From a bacterium (lineage in GTDB: Bacteria > Patescibacteriota > WWE3 > 2-01-FULL-39-13 > JAACPI01): 64,000 nt of DNA. Numbering within the stretch: the stretch's first letter is position 1; every line of letters starts with the position of its first letter. The position numbers and the translations under genes are program-made. Positions 37,484 to 47,133 of this stretch are shown piece by piece. The stretch spans positions 2,965 through 66,964 of the forward strand of contig JAACPI010000002.1 in NCBI GenBank assembly GCA_009995545.1, given 5' to 3'. The notes below the pieces were generated by a model. The model made no database searches. It was not told the origin of the DNA and worked only from the letters and a program-made list of their open reading frames with translations.

Positions 37484-37942
37484 TTACTTAAAAGATAACG
37501 AAATAGTCTTGTCTAAAATAATTAAGGCCTTTCTGGTTTCTTCAGTTAAGTCATAATCCTTCAGCGCCTTGTTTACAGAAACCCAAACATAAGAATCATG
37601 TTCGGCACTTAGCTTAACTGTACCCGCAATCTTTTTTGTGACCCCAAACAGTTGTACGTAAGTTAAACCCTTATACTTTCCCACAGGTAAAATACCACTG
37701 TTGTAGTACGCAACTCGGTTTACTGGCAGCACCATTAAACCAGTCTCCTCCATAACCTCGCGCTCCAAAGCATCTGCGATATCTTGGCCTTTGTCTAATT
37801 TTCCGCCCGGGACTTCCCACTGAAGAGGTTTATAGAGATCTTTAGAGGATCTTTGAATTAACAAAATCTTATCTTTCCCTAGAACAATTGCCCTATTTAT
37901 TAGCAAAAGTCTAGGGCGTTCAGATATATCTTTCTTACTCAT
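37484..37942 (-). CDS. NUDIX hydrolase
   Basis: Nudix box PGGKLDKGQDIADALEREVMEETGL. Confidence 0.8.
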   Translation of the reverse strand: MSKKDISERPRLLLINRAIVLGKDKILLIQRSSKDLYKPLQWEVPGGKLDKGQDIADALEREVMEETGLMVLPVNRVAYYNSGILPVGKYKGLTYVQLFGVTKKIAGTVKLSAEHDSYVWVSVNKALKDYDLTEETRKALIILDKTISLSFK

Positions 37943-37988
37943 TAAGTAATTATATATAAAATAGATAGTTTATGCTATAATTAAACTA

Positions 37989-38322
37989 TAGGATGTAGTT
38001 CTGATGGCTCCTTAAATTTATTTAAGGAGAGGAAAGTCCGGACTGCAAAGAGCAGGGATAGGGTTGCAAAACCCTTAGCAGAAATGTTAGGTGTTGTTTA
38101 CTCGAAAGGGTAAACAAACAGAAGGTGAGTTAACACCCTCTGAGAGCCGCAGAGACGAGCCTTTGGCTAAGCTTTGGCAACAAGGTATGTCGAAGGGTGA
38201 AACGTGGCAATCCCACCCGCAGCAACTCAAATTAGAACCTATGGTTCGGCTCGAACGGGTTCGTGGTAGAGGCAAAGATAAATCATCAGTTAAAACAGAA
38301 TCCGGCTTATTCACATCCTATA
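37989..38322 (+). ncRNA. rnpB: RNase P RNA (bacterial type A)
   Basis: Conserved blocks GAGAGGAAAGUCCGGAC, AGCAGGGAUAGG, GGGUGAAACG, ACAGAAUCCGGCUUA; P1 pairing aggatgtag/cacatcct; P3 hairpin ctcctta...taaggag. Confidence 0.8.
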
Positions 38323-38426
38323 CATTTAAACTTCACTCACCTTAAATAAGGTGAGTACTCTTATCTATTTCTTATCTTCGCCGTGTAGTATGTTAAAAGA
38401 TAACTAAATAATTTATTAAACTAAAA

Positions 38427-39668
38427 ATGAAGCTCCTTAAAAAATTTAAAATCTTACTGGTCATATTATTAGTAATGGTCGGGGGTGGAACTTTTTACTA
38501 TTTTAAATACTACAAACCTTCTCAAAACAATATTTCTCAAAAACAAGAAATAACATTTAAAGCCCAAAAAGGAACTCTAAGGGATACCGTATCAGCATCT
38601 GGACAAATACAAAGTGCCAACTATTTACCGATAAATACTAGTGTTAATGGGATTGTAAAAAAAGTTTATGTAAAAGAAGGCGATACTGTTAAAAAAGGAC
38701 AAGCCATAATGGAAATAACCCTAAATTCAGATGGAGAACAAAGTTTAGAGTCAGTCAGGTCTAGCTATTTATCTGCAAAAAATTCTTTAGAAAAAGCTAA
38801 AACTTCGCTAATTTCCGCCGAAAATAATTTAATAAACGCTAAAGAAGCTTTTACAACTGAAAAGGAACATAACAGCTACCAAAATCACGATGAAAGAATT
38901 GCTTTTTCCTTAGCCGAAAATAACCAAACTATTGCTCAAGCTAATTATGAGATTCAACAACAATCGATAAACCAAGCACAAATTGCAGTAAACGAGTCCT
39001 GGTTAAATTACCAGGCACAATCCCCTACCATACTGTCTCCGGGAGATGGCGTAATATCTAATATTGTTATTGTAGAAGGTATGGATATATCTAATTCACT
39101 TTCAGTAAAAACTTCGGCAACGGTTGCATCTATAAGAACTCCTGGAACTCCAATAGCTTTAATTAACATTAGTGAGGTGGATATCAACAAAATTAAAGTA
39201 GGGCAAAAAGCAGAGCTCACTCTTGCAAGTATTAGCAATAAAACTTTTGAAGGTGAAATTGTAGGTCTAGACAAAATTGGAACCTCCTCTAGTGGCGTGG
39301 CTAATTACCCTGTAATAATAAAATTTAATGAAGAATCAGAAAGTGTTTTGCCAAATATGGGAGTTGATACAGATATAATTATTAATGAAAAACCGGATGC
39401 GGTATATATTCCAACCTCGGCTATATCTCCTGTTAAAGGGCAAAAAACTGTAAAAATTAAAGATGGGGATAGTTTCAAAAATGTAAATATAGAAACAGGA
39501 ATTTCAACCACACAATATACAGAAGTAATATCTGGAGTAAACGAAGGTGAAGAGGTGCAAGTGACTACACTTCCAACCTCAGGTTTTACCAACGCAACAG
39601 AGGGCACCTCTAGAACTGGCGGGGCCGGAATTTTCCCTGGAGCTGGCGGGGGAACCTTTAGGAGATAA
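38427..39668 (+). CDS. HlyD/MacA-like membrane fusion (periplasmic adaptor) protein
   Basis: N-terminal TM, coiled-coil hairpin, beta-barrel/lipoyl-like regions, Gly-rich tail; precedes MacB-like ATPase and permease (YknXYZ order). Confidence 0.75.
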   Translation: MKLLKKFKILLVILLVMVGGGTFYYFKYYKPSQNNISQKQEITFKAQKGTLRDTVSASGQIQSANYLPINTSVNGIVKKVYVKEGDTVKKGQAIMEITLNSDGEQSLESVRSSYLSAKNSLEKAKTSLISAENNLINAKEAFTTEKEHNSYQNHDERIAFSLAENNQTIAQANYEIQQQSINQAQIAVNESWLNYQAQSPTILSPGDGVISNIVIVEGMDISNSLSVKTSATVASIRTPGTPIALINISEVDINKIKVGQKAELTLASISNKTFEGEIVGLDKIGTSSSGVANYPVIIKFNEESESVLPNMGVDTDIIINEKPDAVYIPTSAISPVKGQKTVKIKDGDSFKNVNIETGISTTQYTEVISGVNEGEEVQVTTLPTSGFTNATEGTSRTGGAGIFPGAGGGTFRR

Positions 39669-39670
39669 AG

Positions 39671-40426
39671 GTGATAGAAGTAAATAACTTATCAAAAATA
39701 TACTTAAGTGGTGAAATTAAAACTACCGCTTTAGATAAAGTAAATTTTAAAATTGCTAAAGGAGAATTTGTAGCAATTGTAGGCCCTTCGGGGTCTGGAA
39801 AGTCGACCCTAATGCATATTCTAGGAGCACTAGATGTTGCAACTAGTGGAGAATACGTTTTAAACGGGACAGGTATAGAAGATATGGACGATGACAGATT
39901 AGCTGAAATTAGAAATAAAGAAATAGGGTTTATATTTCAATCTTATAATCTATTACCCCGAAGCTCCACACTTAAAAATGTAATGTTACCTATGATGTAT
40001 GCGGGTATTGATAAAAAAGAAAGGCTAGCAAGGGCAATGGATGCCCTAAAATCGGTAGGTCTGGAAGATAAGATACGTAACACGCCTGTGCAACTTTCTG
40101 GTGGACAAAAACAACGCGTAGCTATTGCAAGGGCACTATCTATGAGTCCCAGTATACTTTTAGCCGACGAGCCTACAGGAAACTTACCAACCGGACAAAG
40201 CCAAGAGATAATGGATATTTTTCAAAAATTAAACAATAAAGGACACACAGTTTTAGTAATTACCCACGAAGATGATATAGCGGCCAGAGCTAAAAGAGTT
40301 ATTACGTTGGTAGACGGAAAAATATTTAGCGATAAATTAACAAAAAAGGATAAAAAGACAAAATTCAAAAATATATCAGCAGAAAATAAGATAAAAGCTA
40401 ACAAAATTAAAAAGAAAAGAAAATGA
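39671..40426 (+). CDS. ABC transporter ATP-binding protein (MacB/LolD-like)
   Basis: Walker A GPSGSGKST, signature LSGGQKQRVAIARAL, Walker B LLADEPTGNL. Confidence 0.9.
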   Translation: MIEVNNLSKIYLSGEIKTTALDKVNFKIAKGEFVAIVGPSGSGKSTLMHILGALDVATSGEYVLNGTGIEDMDDDRLAEIRNKEIGFIFQSYNLLPRSSTLKNVMLPMMYAGIDKKERLARAMDALKSVGLEDKIRNTPVQLSGGQKQRVAIARALSMSPSILLADEPTGNLPTGQSQEIMDIFQKLNNKGHTVLVITHEDDIAARAKRVITLVDGKIFSDKLTKKDKKTKFKNISAENKIKANKIKKKRK

Positions 40427-41610
40427 AAACCATTGAATTACTTCAAGAGAGTGTGGAAGTATTAACTACAAATAAACTAAGAACGGCTCTTTCCGCCTTA
40501 GGAATAATAATAGGTATTGGATCTGTAATTACTTTAATGACCCTGGGCCAAGCAAGCCAACAAAGTGTAACAGATAGAATACAATCTCTTGGAGCAAATT
40601 TGCTTACTATCTCACCAAGTAAAAGAGGGGGAACAACTCTTACTTACAAAGATGCTACAGCGATTGCAGATTCTCAAAGAATAAACACCATTGATAAAGT
40701 TTCGGCCACATATACTGCAGACGCTAATGTATCCTACGGGGCAGTCAGTGATAGTGCACAAATAACTGGGATATCTGAAAACTTTTTTATAATGCGAAAT
40801 GTTGAGCTTGTTGAGGGACGTTTTTTAAGTGAACAAGACGATTTATTATCCAGCAAGAGTGTAGTTGTGAATAGCACTTTTATAACTAACTTTATGCCGG
40901 ATACTAGAAACCACTTAGGAGAGGAAATACGGGTAAATGGAACTACCTTTATTGTTGTAGGAGTCACCAAAGACGTATCTAGCTTTGGAAGAACAGAAAA
41001 TAGCTTGTATGTGCCCTTATCTACAGCACAAAATGTTTTATTTGGAGTTAAGTATGTTAGTACAATTTATGTAGATGCCCTAAATGAAAGCGTAATGGAG
41101 GATGCACAAAATCAAGTTGGGTTTTTACTAATGGAACAACACGGTATTAAGGACCCCCTAGATGCTGATTTTACAATCTCTTCTCAGGCAGATATCTTAC
41201 AAACTGTTAGCCAGGTTACCCAAACCTTTACAACACTTTTAACGGGGATAGCGGCTATTTCTTTAGTTGTTGGAGGAATTGGAATTATGAATATTATGCT
41301 AGTTACAGTTACGGAACGAACACGAGAAATTGGTATTAGAAAAGCACTAGGTGCTAAAAGAAAAGCAATAATTTTACAATTTTTAATTGAAGCAATTCTG
41401 CTAACCTTTACAGGTGGTTTAATAGGGGTAATTTTAGGCGTGGGTCTCTCCACAATACTAACTAATGCTTTTTCTCTACCAAGTACTATCTCGCTTGTAT
41501 CTATAGTATTAGCTGTATCCGTTTCGATCGGAATTGGAATTATATTTGGAATATATCCAGCCCAAAAAGCGGCCAAGCTTAACCCAATAGATGCTCTGAG
41601 ATACGAGTAA
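40423..41610 (+). CDS. ABC transporter permease, FtsX/MacB-type
   Basis: TM1 - large extracytoplasmic domain - 3 TM topology; overlaps ATPase gene by 4 nt. Confidence 0.85.
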   Translation: MKTIELLQESVEVLTTNKLRTALSALGIIIGIGSVITLMTLGQASQQSVTDRIQSLGANLLTISPSKRGGTTLTYKDATAIADSQRINTIDKVSATYTADANVSYGAVSDSAQITGISENFFIMRNVELVEGRFLSEQDDLLSSKSVVVNSTFITNFMPDTRNHLGEEIRVNGTTFIVVGVTKDVSSFGRTENSLYVPLSTAQNVLFGVKYVSTIYVDALNESVMEDAQNQVGFLLMEQHGIKDPLDADFTISSQADILQTVSQVTQTFTTLLTGIAAISLVVGGIGIMNIMLVTVTERTREIGIRKALGAKRKAIILQFLIEAILLTFTGGLIGVILGVGLSTILTNAFSLPSTISLVSIVLAVSVSIGIGIIFGIYPAQKAAKLNPIDALRYE

Positions 41611-41651
41611 TATCGATTTAACAGACTAATGTACTATAATTATCAGTAAAG

Positions 41652-42050
41652 GTGGTGATAAATATGCAAGGATACACAGATAACATAGAAGAGCTAACCC
41701 TTAAAAACACAAACTTTAGACAAGTTTTGTTTACAGGAAAACATACTCAACTCGTACTAATGTGCTTAAAACCAGGAGAAGAAATTGGTAAAGAGATACA
41801 CCATAACCTAGATCAATTTTTTAGGTTTGAAAAAGGACAAGGTAAAGTTATTATTGGCGAAGTCGAAACATCTGTAAAAGATGGATCAGCCGTAATAGTA
41901 CCCGGAGGCGCGGAACACAATATCATAAATACTTCTTCAACTGAAGATTTAAAACTTTACACACTGTACTCACCACCAAATCACAAAGACGGAACTATTC
42001 ACGTTACAAAAGCAGAAGCAGATTTAGCCGAAGAACATTACGAGGGGTAA
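41652..42050 (+). CDS. cupin domain protein
   Basis: Cupin motifs (GEEIGKEIHH ... PGGAEHNIIN); strong SD AAAGGTGGTGAT. Confidence 0.6.
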   Translation: MVINMQGYTDNIEELTLKNTNFRQVLFTGKHTQLVLMCLKPGEEIGKEIHHNLDQFFRFEKGQGKVIIGEVETSVKDGSAVIVPGGAEHNIINTSSTEDLKLYTLYSPPNHKDGTIHVTKAEADLAEEHYEG

Positions 42051-42169
42051 GTCATAAAGTACTTTTTTGCAATATAAACCAGTAATCCTAGTGCTAAGCT
42101 ATTTGCACGAATTGGCTTTAACAAAAGGTAAAATTGGCTATACTACTTGCTTGTTTGGTTACTTTAGAA

Positions 42170-42178
42170 TGATATAAT
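42170..42178 (+). promoter_or_regulatory. extended -10 promoter element (TGaTATAAT) upstream of WxL-like gene
   Basis: TGATATAAT 25 nt upstream of ATG 42203; followed by 11-nt SD AGGGGGTGAT. Confidence 0.35.
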
Positions 42179-42202
42179 TTTTAATATTAGGGGGTGATAT
42201 TT

Positions 42203-42814
42203 ATGAAAAAAAGAAGACTTACTAAAAGTCTAATAACAATACTGCTACTTTCAATAGTTGCAATACCAACTACATATGCTTCTTTAGTAACAAATACTGT
42301 TGCTTTAGCAGGCAATACCGTAAATACAGCCACTGCTGAGATGGCTATCTGTAATAAAGATGGTGTAGATTCTTGGATGACAACTCTTACAGGACAATCA
42401 TTTACTGTAAGTAATTTAGCACCCGGAAGTATTTCTTCACTTTTTACCGATAGAATATACGTTGGAAATGATGGTGGTAATTTAGATAGCTCAACTGGGT
42501 GTTCTTCTTACGATGCCTCTTACACGCCAGGAACTTCTGCCATAAATATGGAAATAGTTCCTAGTTTAACCAATGTAAATTGTGGTAGCACCTTTGACTT
42601 ACAAAACGCACTTCAGGTAGAGTTTGTTGTTGGTGGGGTTTCCTCAGATTACCAATCTCTAAACAACTGGTCATTTAATTCAACTGCATTTGGAAGTACC
42701 CTGTTACCAGACGACGCTCAAACAATTGAAGTTAACACAAAACTTTCTAACGACTTTGATGTCCAGGGAGGTACCTGTTCTTTCGATCTGCAATTAAAAG
42801 GAAGACAAATCTAA
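42203..42814 (+). CDS. secreted WxL-domain-like surface protein (small)
   Basis: Signal peptide; Thr/Ser/Gly/Asn-rich beta protein; NNWSFNSTAFGS and C-terminal GGTCSFDLQL resemble the two WxL blocks; start moved to ATG with strong SD. Confidence 0.45.
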   Translation: MKKRRLTKSLITILLLSIVAIPTTYASLVTNTVALAGNTVNTATAEMAICNKDGVDSWMTTLTGQSFTVSNLAPGSISSLFTDRIYVGNDGGNLDSSTGCSSYDASYTPGTSAINMEIVPSLTNVNCGSTFDLQNALQVEFVVGGVSSDYQSLNNWSFNSTAFGSTLLPDDAQTIEVNTKLSNDFDVQGGTCSFDLQLKGRQI

Positions 42815-42824
42815 AATAACTTAT

Positions 42825-42860
42825 ATTATTAGTGAGAGGGTTTAAACTCTCACTAATAAT
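42825..42860 (+). promoter_or_regulatory. intercistronic stem-loop (14-bp perfect stem, 8-nt loop)
   Basis: tattattagtgagag-ggtttaaa-ctctcactaataat between WxL-like gene and sipW-like gene; no T-tract. Confidence 0.4.
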
Positions 42861-42865
42861 CAGTT

Positions 42866-43417
42866 ATGAAAAAATATTTGTTACTTTCTCTAAAAACCTT
42901 AAATATACTTATATTACTCTGTTTTACTTTTTCGACAGTGCTAGTTGTCGCCAACCTAGGCTTTATACCCTTAAAATATCGCGCTTTTGCTGTAGCTAGT
43001 AGGAGTATGTATCCTGTAATGGAAAAGGGGGATTTAATATTTGCAGATAGATCTGGAAATCAAACCTATAATGTGGGTGACATCGCGGTCTTTGAAGAAC
43101 CAGGTTATAAAAACCGGTTTGTGGTACATAGAATTGTAGAATCTACCGAACCAGGGTACATAACCAGAGGAGACAACAATGCCGCTAACGATAATTGGGT
43201 AGTAAATCAAAGTAGCATACAAGGAAAGTACATTAAAAAGATAGCAAAACTTGGAGATTTTTTGCTGTTTTTAAGAACCCTACCAGGAATAATTATTTTT
43301 ATAGTCATACCAGTCATATATTTAGTAGCACTAGAAGTAAATGTGATAATAAATGAGGTTATAGAACACAGAATGCGCAAAGCGGCTAAACCAGAAAGTG
43401 TAACTTCTATCAAATAA
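42866..43417 (+). CDS. signal peptidase I, archaeal/SipW type
   Basis: N-terminal TM, VASRSMYPVMEKGDLIF (S26 SxSMxP box) and HRIVE region; C-terminal TM as in SipW. Confidence 0.7.
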   Translation: MKKYLLLSLKTLNILILLCFTFSTVLVVANLGFIPLKYRAFAVASRSMYPVMEKGDLIFADRSGNQTYNVGDIAVFEEPGYKNRFVVHRIVESTEPGYITRGDNNAANDNWVVNQSSIQGKYIKKIAKLGDFLLFLRTLPGIIIFIVIPVIYLVALEVNVIINEVIEHRMRKAAKPESVTSIK

Positions 43418-43511
43418 ATACAGCCTGTAAGATAGTAGAAAGTTTTATAGTGTGCACAAATAACCTTTTCAAAATAAGATATTCTTTTTAATTAACTATA
43501 TAATTATCTTT

Positions 43512-44939
43512 ATGTTACAACTGCTCTTTTCATTTTTATTCTTTTTTAATAGTCAAAATATTGTAACTGCTTCAGCAGACAATAATAAGATATTTTTTTC
43601 TAATAAATCTGACTTTTCAACTAGTACAACAGAGTTCGATGCGGGAGAAAAAGTTTATATTAAAATACAAAGCACTGACCTAATTAATCTGGAGGGTAAG
43701 AATGATCTGTCTTTATTCGATTCTAATGGTTCTGAAGAGCTCACAGGGTCTTTTAACAAGGAATCAGAGTCAGACTTTCGGGCTAATTTTATCTTTCCAA
43801 ACAATAAAGACTTACACTATTTAAAAATTAGGCTTGCAGACAATCAAGGTAATAACTTTGAATTAGACACCAACTTGGGTTCTAAATATCAATTTAAAAA
43901 AAGCAGATTTTTTGAAGATGTCGGCTTTAAAACAGAAAAAGATGAGTTTTCTAATAACGAAGATATTTTTTACAAGGGTTATCTAGGTAATTTTAACTCA
44001 GATAAAATTACTATTAATATTAAAAACACTAAGGGTGAAATCAAAACTGTAAACGGTAGTAATATAGTTAACAGAAGTGACTGGTTAGAACTTGACTTAT
44101 ACAAGGGCTTAAACCCATTTTTATATTCTAAAGGGTTATTTTCTCTGATTGTGAAAAACACAGAATCCACACAAACTATTAGTAAATACTTTTACATTAA
44201 CGAGCTTAAACCTGTAGTATCTATAACTTTCCCTTTGGAAAATACCGAAGTTATGGGAAATACAGATATAATTGGTACTGCCTTTTCTGACGATTTAGAC
44301 TATTACGAGCTGAAATACCAAAAAAACGGGGACAAGGATTGGATAAGTATAAAAACAGCAGGTACCAATGTAATAAACGGCAAACTAGGGACTTGGGATA
44401 CGAATAACCTAAGTAACGGAAACTACCTACTCTCCCTTGTAGTTAAGGCTAAAAGCGGTGAAGAAGAAACAACGGTTAAAAACCTTACAGCCGCAAGTTT
44501 TAGTGGGAAGTTTGCAATTAGAATCCCAACAAATGCAGGGTTAGGTACTACTAAAGTTTCAACATCCCCCCAGTATATAGAAGGCAAAGTAGGGAGTAGT
44601 AATAGCAGAGGTATATCGGTGCAGGACGACAGAGGTACATTCGATGGATGGTCGCTGACTATGACTGCCTCGGACTTTTATAGCGGAGAGAGTGTAATTG
44701 ATGTTAGTAATTTAACAGTGGAGCCTAAAGATTTAGTAATAAACAAAGGTAAGAGCGACAAGGTAAAGTTAGGAGATAAGCATACTTTTACCGGGGAGAA
44801 CGACTCCACCTCTATAATGTATGCACCTAAAGACTACGGTACAGGAACCTATTACAGCACCTTGGGAATAAATCTTAGGGTCCCTCCAAATGTTGTTGCA
44901 GGAAGTTACAAAGCAATTTTGTACTTTACTTTACTCTAA
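43512..44939 (+). CDS. secreted surface protein with C-terminal WxL-like domain (large)
   Basis: C-terminal VQDDRGTFDGWSLTMTASDF and NVVAGSYKAILYFTLL match WxL first and second blocks (F for W in second); TATAAT 7 nt upstream of ATG, no SD. Confidence 0.5.
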   Translation: MLQLLFSFLFFFNSQNIVTASADNNKIFFSNKSDFSTSTTEFDAGEKVYIKIQSTDLINLEGKNDLSLFDSNGSEELTGSFNKESESDFRANFIFPNNKDLHYLKIRLADNQGNNFELDTNLGSKYQFKKSRFFEDVGFKTEKDEFSNNEDIFYKGYLGNFNSDKITINIKNTKGEIKTVNGSNIVNRSDWLELDLYKGLNPFLYSKGLFSLIVKNTESTQTISKYFYINELKPVVSITFPLENTEVMGNTDIIGTAFSDDLDYYELKYQKNGDKDWISIKTAGTNVINGKLGTWDTNNLSNGNYLLSLVVKAKSGEEETTVKNLTAASFSGKFAIRIPTNAGLGTTKVSTSPQYIEGKVGSSNSRGISVQDDRGTFDGWSLTMTASDFYSGESVIDVSNLTVEPKDLVINKGKSDKVKLGDKHTFTGENDSTSIMYAPKDYGTGTYYSTLGINLRVPPNVVAGSYKAILYFTLL

Positions 44940-46117
44940 ACTATACTAGTGATGTGCTGAATAGAGCTTGAAATTTTAGCGGCTTTTTTCTTTTTACTAT
45001 GCCTTTTAGACGAATATTCACCACTAAAGTTAAGAGTGCTTATTTCATCTCTAAAGGTATTACGAACCTCCTGCTTAATCGAAGAAATAATAAAATCTAA
45101 ATCTTCTTGGTGAATTCTAGAGATACTATTTGTACTATTACCCACATACTCACCCTCAATTAGATTAGAGACAACATTTTCCCATTTTTTATTTATCGAT
45201 TTTACCTGTTTTCTTCTTATAACAAACCATCTAGTAAAGTAAAAAGTAGCCAGGGAAAAAATCACAAAAATCACAGAGCCGACAATCCCTAGAATAGCCA
45301 TTTTCTTTTTTGAAGTATAATTAAAGCCCTCAGTGAATGTTAGGGGCTGTAGGCCGCCATAGCTAAGCTGAGCGTTAACTTCGTAGTTTCCGATAGGATC
45401 TAAATTTACATCTAGAGGATGATTTATTTCTTGTGTATCTCCAGGAAGAATAATTATGGGAGAGGTATATAGGTAAGTTCTTTCAGAGCTAATAAACTTT
45501 TTAAATTTTAAATTTTTCAAGGTATAGTCAATTCTTATACCTTCTATTTTAGTATTACCAAGATTTGTTAATTTTATTTTTGCAGTAGGTTTGTCATTTT
45601 CAACTATCACAGAAAATGTGGCATCCACTTTCCTTTCTAAATCACCATTAACCAATAAATTAACTTTGCTTTCACCTAAAACTTCTCCAGTGTCAGCATC
45701 CTTTACTAAAATACCTCCTAGATATTCTCCAGGATCGGATCCTTCTGGGACTGATAAAAGTAAATTTATATCAGTTTTCTCACCTTTTATTAAGTCAAAT
45801 TTATCAACAGGGAGTTTAAGATAATCTAGTATTTTATATTTCTGAGTTATATCATACTGCGCTTGCCCCTCATATGAACCTTTGACACCAGCAAGCTCCA
45901 ACTTAATACTTAAATCCCCTTCGCTTAAGTTAACTAATCTAAAAGGAACACTTTTTGATTCTCCCGGGTTTAAAATATCTTCAAAATTTACGGATTTAGA
46001 ATCAGTAGGCTTTATACCAACCTTTAATTCAGAGGAGTAAGTTGACTTACTTGTGTGTAACAAATACACCAAAATTAAAAGGGCAATATAAATTATATTT
46101 AACCTCTTTCTTTTCAT
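44936..46117 (-). CDS. DUF916/DUF3324-like cell-surface protein with C-terminal TM anchor and cytoplasmic tail
   Basis: Signal peptide, two beta-rich domains with PGEYLGGILV motif (shared with paralog), TM helix AILGIVGSVIFVIFSLATFYF, ~95-aa basic tail. Confidence 0.45.
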   Translation of the reverse strand: MKRKRLNIIYIALLILVYLLHTSKSTYSSELKVGIKPTDSKSVNFEDILNPGESKSVPFRLVNLSEGDLSIKLELAGVKGSYEGQAQYDITQKYKILDYLKLPVDKFDLIKGEKTDINLLLSVPEGSDPGEYLGGILVKDADTGEVLGESKVNLLVNGDLERKVDATFSVIVENDKPTAKIKLTNLGNTKIEGIRIDYTLKNLKFKKFISSERTYLYTSPIIILPGDTQEINHPLDVNLDPIGNYEVNAQLSYGGLQPLTFTEGFNYTSKKKMAILGIVGSVIFVIFSLATFYFTRWFVIRRKQVKSINKKWENVVSNLIEGEYVGNSTNSISRIHQEDLDFIISSIKQEVRNTFRDEISTLNFSGEYSSKRHSKKKKAAKISSSIQHITSIV

Positions 46118-46124
46118 GGCAAGC

Positions 46125-47075
46125 CTACTTTTTTATTCTTGACGAAGTAGAGCGTCTTACAATAGAAACAAACATCAATAATAAAAATATAAAAGAAATA
46201 GTTATGGCTATCTTAGCCTTTTTTGTAACATAAAAAATTTCAACTTCTTGTTCAGAAATTTCGTTTACCTTATCACCATAATTAACCTGTGCTTTAACAA
46301 TATATTTTCCAAGCCATGCTGATTTGTCCCAAGTAATAGGCACTTCTGTAGGACTTCCGGGTAAAACTAGACGTAAGTCAATGGGAAAAGTTTCTGCAGT
46401 AGCACCTGTAAAATAGTTTATAATTTTAATTTCCCCTTTGGGTTCTAACCGAACGTTACCGTGATTAGTTAATCCAAAATCCATGCCTACTTTGTCATTA
46501 TCATTAAGACTCGCCGTAAATTTTGTGATTTCTAGATCTTTTTTTAATTCCCCAGGCACATTTAAGTAAAACCTAACCCCTACTCTAGTCTTTATAGCTA
46601 GCTGTAGCCCACTGGACTCTCCCTGCTCACCTTTTTGATCAGTTTGAAATACAGAAATTCCTCCTAAGTAGTCCCCGGATTCAGTACCCTTTGGAACATC
46701 TACTTTAAAGGGGATTGTTATGGATTCATCATTAGCTAAAGTTATTTCTTTTTTCTCTACTGCCAACCATTTGCCTATGTGATTCTTTTCCTCCCCAGGG
46801 TTCTCTAATGTAAAAGCGCCGTCTTTTGTAGTCAACCCATCGGCAGCCTCAATCACAAAATTTCCAGATTTTCCGGTACCGTTGGTAACTACGATAGAGT
46901 TTTTATACTCCTCACCGGGGTAAAGTTCCACCTCGAATCTACTCTTTGTAGTGGGGTCTGAAGGATTGTAATCTTTTGGAAAAATATTCACACCACCAAA
47001 ATTAGCAGCACTGATTACACCCATGTTTAAAAATATTAAGCTAATTAAAGATATTAAAAAATTATACATATTCAT
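46125..47075 (-). CDS. DUF916/DUF3324-like cell-surface protein with C-terminal TM anchor
   Basis: Signal peptide, SGDYLGGISVFQ motif, C-terminal TM IAITISFIFLLLMFVSIV + RRSTSSRIKK; paralog of 44936..46117; stop is 8 nt from next start. Confidence 0.45.
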   Translation of the reverse strand: MNMYNFLISLISLIFLNMGVISAANFGGVNIFPKDYNPSDPTTKSRFEVELYPGEEYKNSIVVTNGTGKSGNFVIEAADGLTTKDGAFTLENPGEEKNHIGKWLAVEKKEITLANDESITIPFKVDVPKGTESGDYLGGISVFQTDQKGEQGESSGLQLAIKTRVGVRFYLNVPGELKKDLEITKFTASLNDNDKVGMDFGLTNHGNVRLEPKGEIKIINYFTGATAETFPIDLRLVLPGSPTEVPITWDKSAWLGKYIVKAQVNYGDKVNEISEQEVEIFYVTKKAKIAITISFIFLLLMFVSIVRRSTSSRIKK

Positions 47076-47090
47076 TTATTTTTAACCCTT

Positions 47091-47108
47091 CCCTGCCTTT
47101 TGGCAGGG
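47091..47108 (-). promoter_or_regulatory. stem-loop between WxL-like gene and first DUF916-like gene
   Basis: ccctgcc-tttt-ggcaggg; 3' arm overlaps SD-like GGGAAGGG of downstream gene on minus strand. Confidence 0.35.
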
Positions 47109-47133
47109 TTAGGTTAAAAATTTTACTTAACTA

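Noticed and set aside
38087-38345. Two overlapping ORFs (75 aa minus, 84 aa plus)
   Set aside because: Lie inside the RNase P RNA gene.
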